This document shows, piece by piece, positions 62,539-64,000 of a stretch of 64,000 nucleotides of DNA (position 1 is the first letter of the stretch; every line of letters begins with the position of its first letter). Below the pieces are notes generated by a model. It ran no database searches and was not told the origin of the DNA. It worked only from the letters and a program-made list of their open reading frames with translations. The translations under genes were made by a program, and so were the position numbers. This stretch comes from Eledone cirrhosa. Taxonomy: Eukaryota. The stretch covers positions 55,924,001 through 55,988,000 of the forward strand of contig OZ024746.1 of NCBI GenBank assembly GCA_964016885.1, in the 5' to 3' direction.

Positions 62539-63579
62539 TCTTTCTTTAAACATATACCCATCTTTCTACCTTATTTCAATGTTATTTATTATACATTATA
62601 TAATACTAGTTACTCATTCTATTTCACTCCTATGTATCACTTCCCTTTCTTTCTTTTCCCTTTTTCTTTTCTTTTCTGTTTCTTTTAATTTCTAACCCCT
62701 ATTCTGTATATTTTCTTCCTAGACACTTCTCAATTATCATTGTGCCTAACGTAGAAACAATTATTACACAGCACAATATATTATTACTTTATATCACCTT
62801 AAAAAAATCCTTCGTAAACATAAATATTTTTTTGACTTTAGATTATTCATCCTCAATTCATTATTTTTTTTTCTGCCTTTCCTGCTCATCTAACTAATAC
62901 ATATTACACTTATTCATCCTCTCTTCTACTACTTTCACAATATATCCTTAATTACATTACTATTGCTATGTTTTTATATTTTTTAATAATACCTATCAAC
63001 AATTTCTTTCCATCTCACATATTATTAAACCCTTAAATATTATTCTTGATACATATTAACAATTTCTTTTCATCGCACATATTATTAAACCCTTAAATAT
63101 ACAAACCTTAATTTAACATTATTCTTAAATTTTTCTCTTCGTTAATTTTCAAATTATTTCAATTTATATATTATCTTCCAACGGTTTTTCAACCTCTCTA
63201 TGTAAAACAATATATTTTTCTCAGTTATAAAAGCTATCTCTCCCTCTCTCTATGACCCATCACTCCTCCTATCTCATCCTACCTCATTATACTCCTCCCC
63301 CTCCACTTTTTACTCTCATCTCATCCTCTTTTTCATCCTTTCCACCCCACCCCCCGTCAATTTTTATCCAATATCACACATCAATCTAAAACTACTTTTC
63401 ATATGTTGATTTAAAACTGCACTATTCACAAGTGTGTTTTAACCTTCATATCTTGTCTCCCTATTTTATCTGACGAAAACGCAAATGTTATTGCATGATG
63501 ATATTTGTTTTTGAAATGCGCATAATAACATACATGGAACTCCTTTAACCATCTTTTGATCATATATTTTATTATATTC

Positions 63580-63580
<1 letters not shown>
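60815..63580 (+). pseudogene. Decayed Hydra-like PLE (RT + GIY-YIG to 62466) with 3' UTR/pLTR
   Basis: IGWF..FIQFDIASYY, FDITMGAFDSSQLTDLIG, GISRDDGL, FLDV, PYHK, IIWYNAPFS, CNCPVKNKCHL, LIYAC..YFGSTS, CNLCLCEK, CLHK; several frameshifts. Confidence 0.9.
63462..63532 (+). ncRNA. Type I hammerhead ribozyme in pLTR of the 60815 element
   Basis: tattttat-CTGACGA-long helix II (gcaaatgttat/atgatatttgt)-GAAA-tgcgca-TA-ataacata. Confidence 0.88.
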
Positions 63581-63618
<38 letters not shown>

Positions 63619-63748
63619 AATATGTATATATAAATATATATATATATATTTATATATATATATATATATGTAAATATATATATATATATATATATGTAAA
63701 TATATATATATATATATATATATAAATATGTGTATATAAATATATATG

Positions 63749-63782
<34 letters not shown>

Positions 63783-63932
63783 TGCATATATATATATAAA
63801 TGTATATATATGTATATATATATGTATATATATATATATAAATGTATATATATGTATATATATATGTATATATATATATATGTATTTATATATGTATATA
63901 TATATAAATGTATATATATTTATATATATATT

Positions 63933-63971
<39 letters not shown>

Positions 63972-64000
63972 GTATATATATATGTGTGTATATATATATG

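Overview
AT-rich animal DNA, probably an octopod cephalopod (inferred from the SINE types and extreme (TA)n content). No host protein-coding exon can be supported; nearly all long ORFs in the track are translations of (TA)n/(CA)n microsatellites. The window is a dense pile of Penelope-like retroelements (PLEs) inserted into (TA)n tracts: four Hydra-clade-like RT + GIY-YIG copies (one with an uninterrupted ~625-codon frame), a Nematis/Neptune-type copy, a Neptune-type fragment, and many solo or fold-back pseudo-LTRs. Reading by eye finds roughly 20 type I hammerhead ribozyme (HHR) motifs, intact or decayed, in several families. Highlights: (1) a non-coding 632-bp x 4.2 tandem array (2968-5606) with one complete HHR per unit, i.e. 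a retrozyme-like candidate circular-RNA element; (2) HHR core variants (compensated U3-A8 core with ~100-nt loop II; a CNGUUGA core with covarying helix II); (3) a recurrent asymmetric fold-back insertion architecture, sometimes turning inside the ribozyme. Also present: tRNA-derived SINEs, RTE-type LINE 3' ends, hAT and mariner MITEs and an intron-containing tRNA-Tyr-like pseudogene with a TTA anticodon. All structures were read manually; edges are approximate to a few bases.
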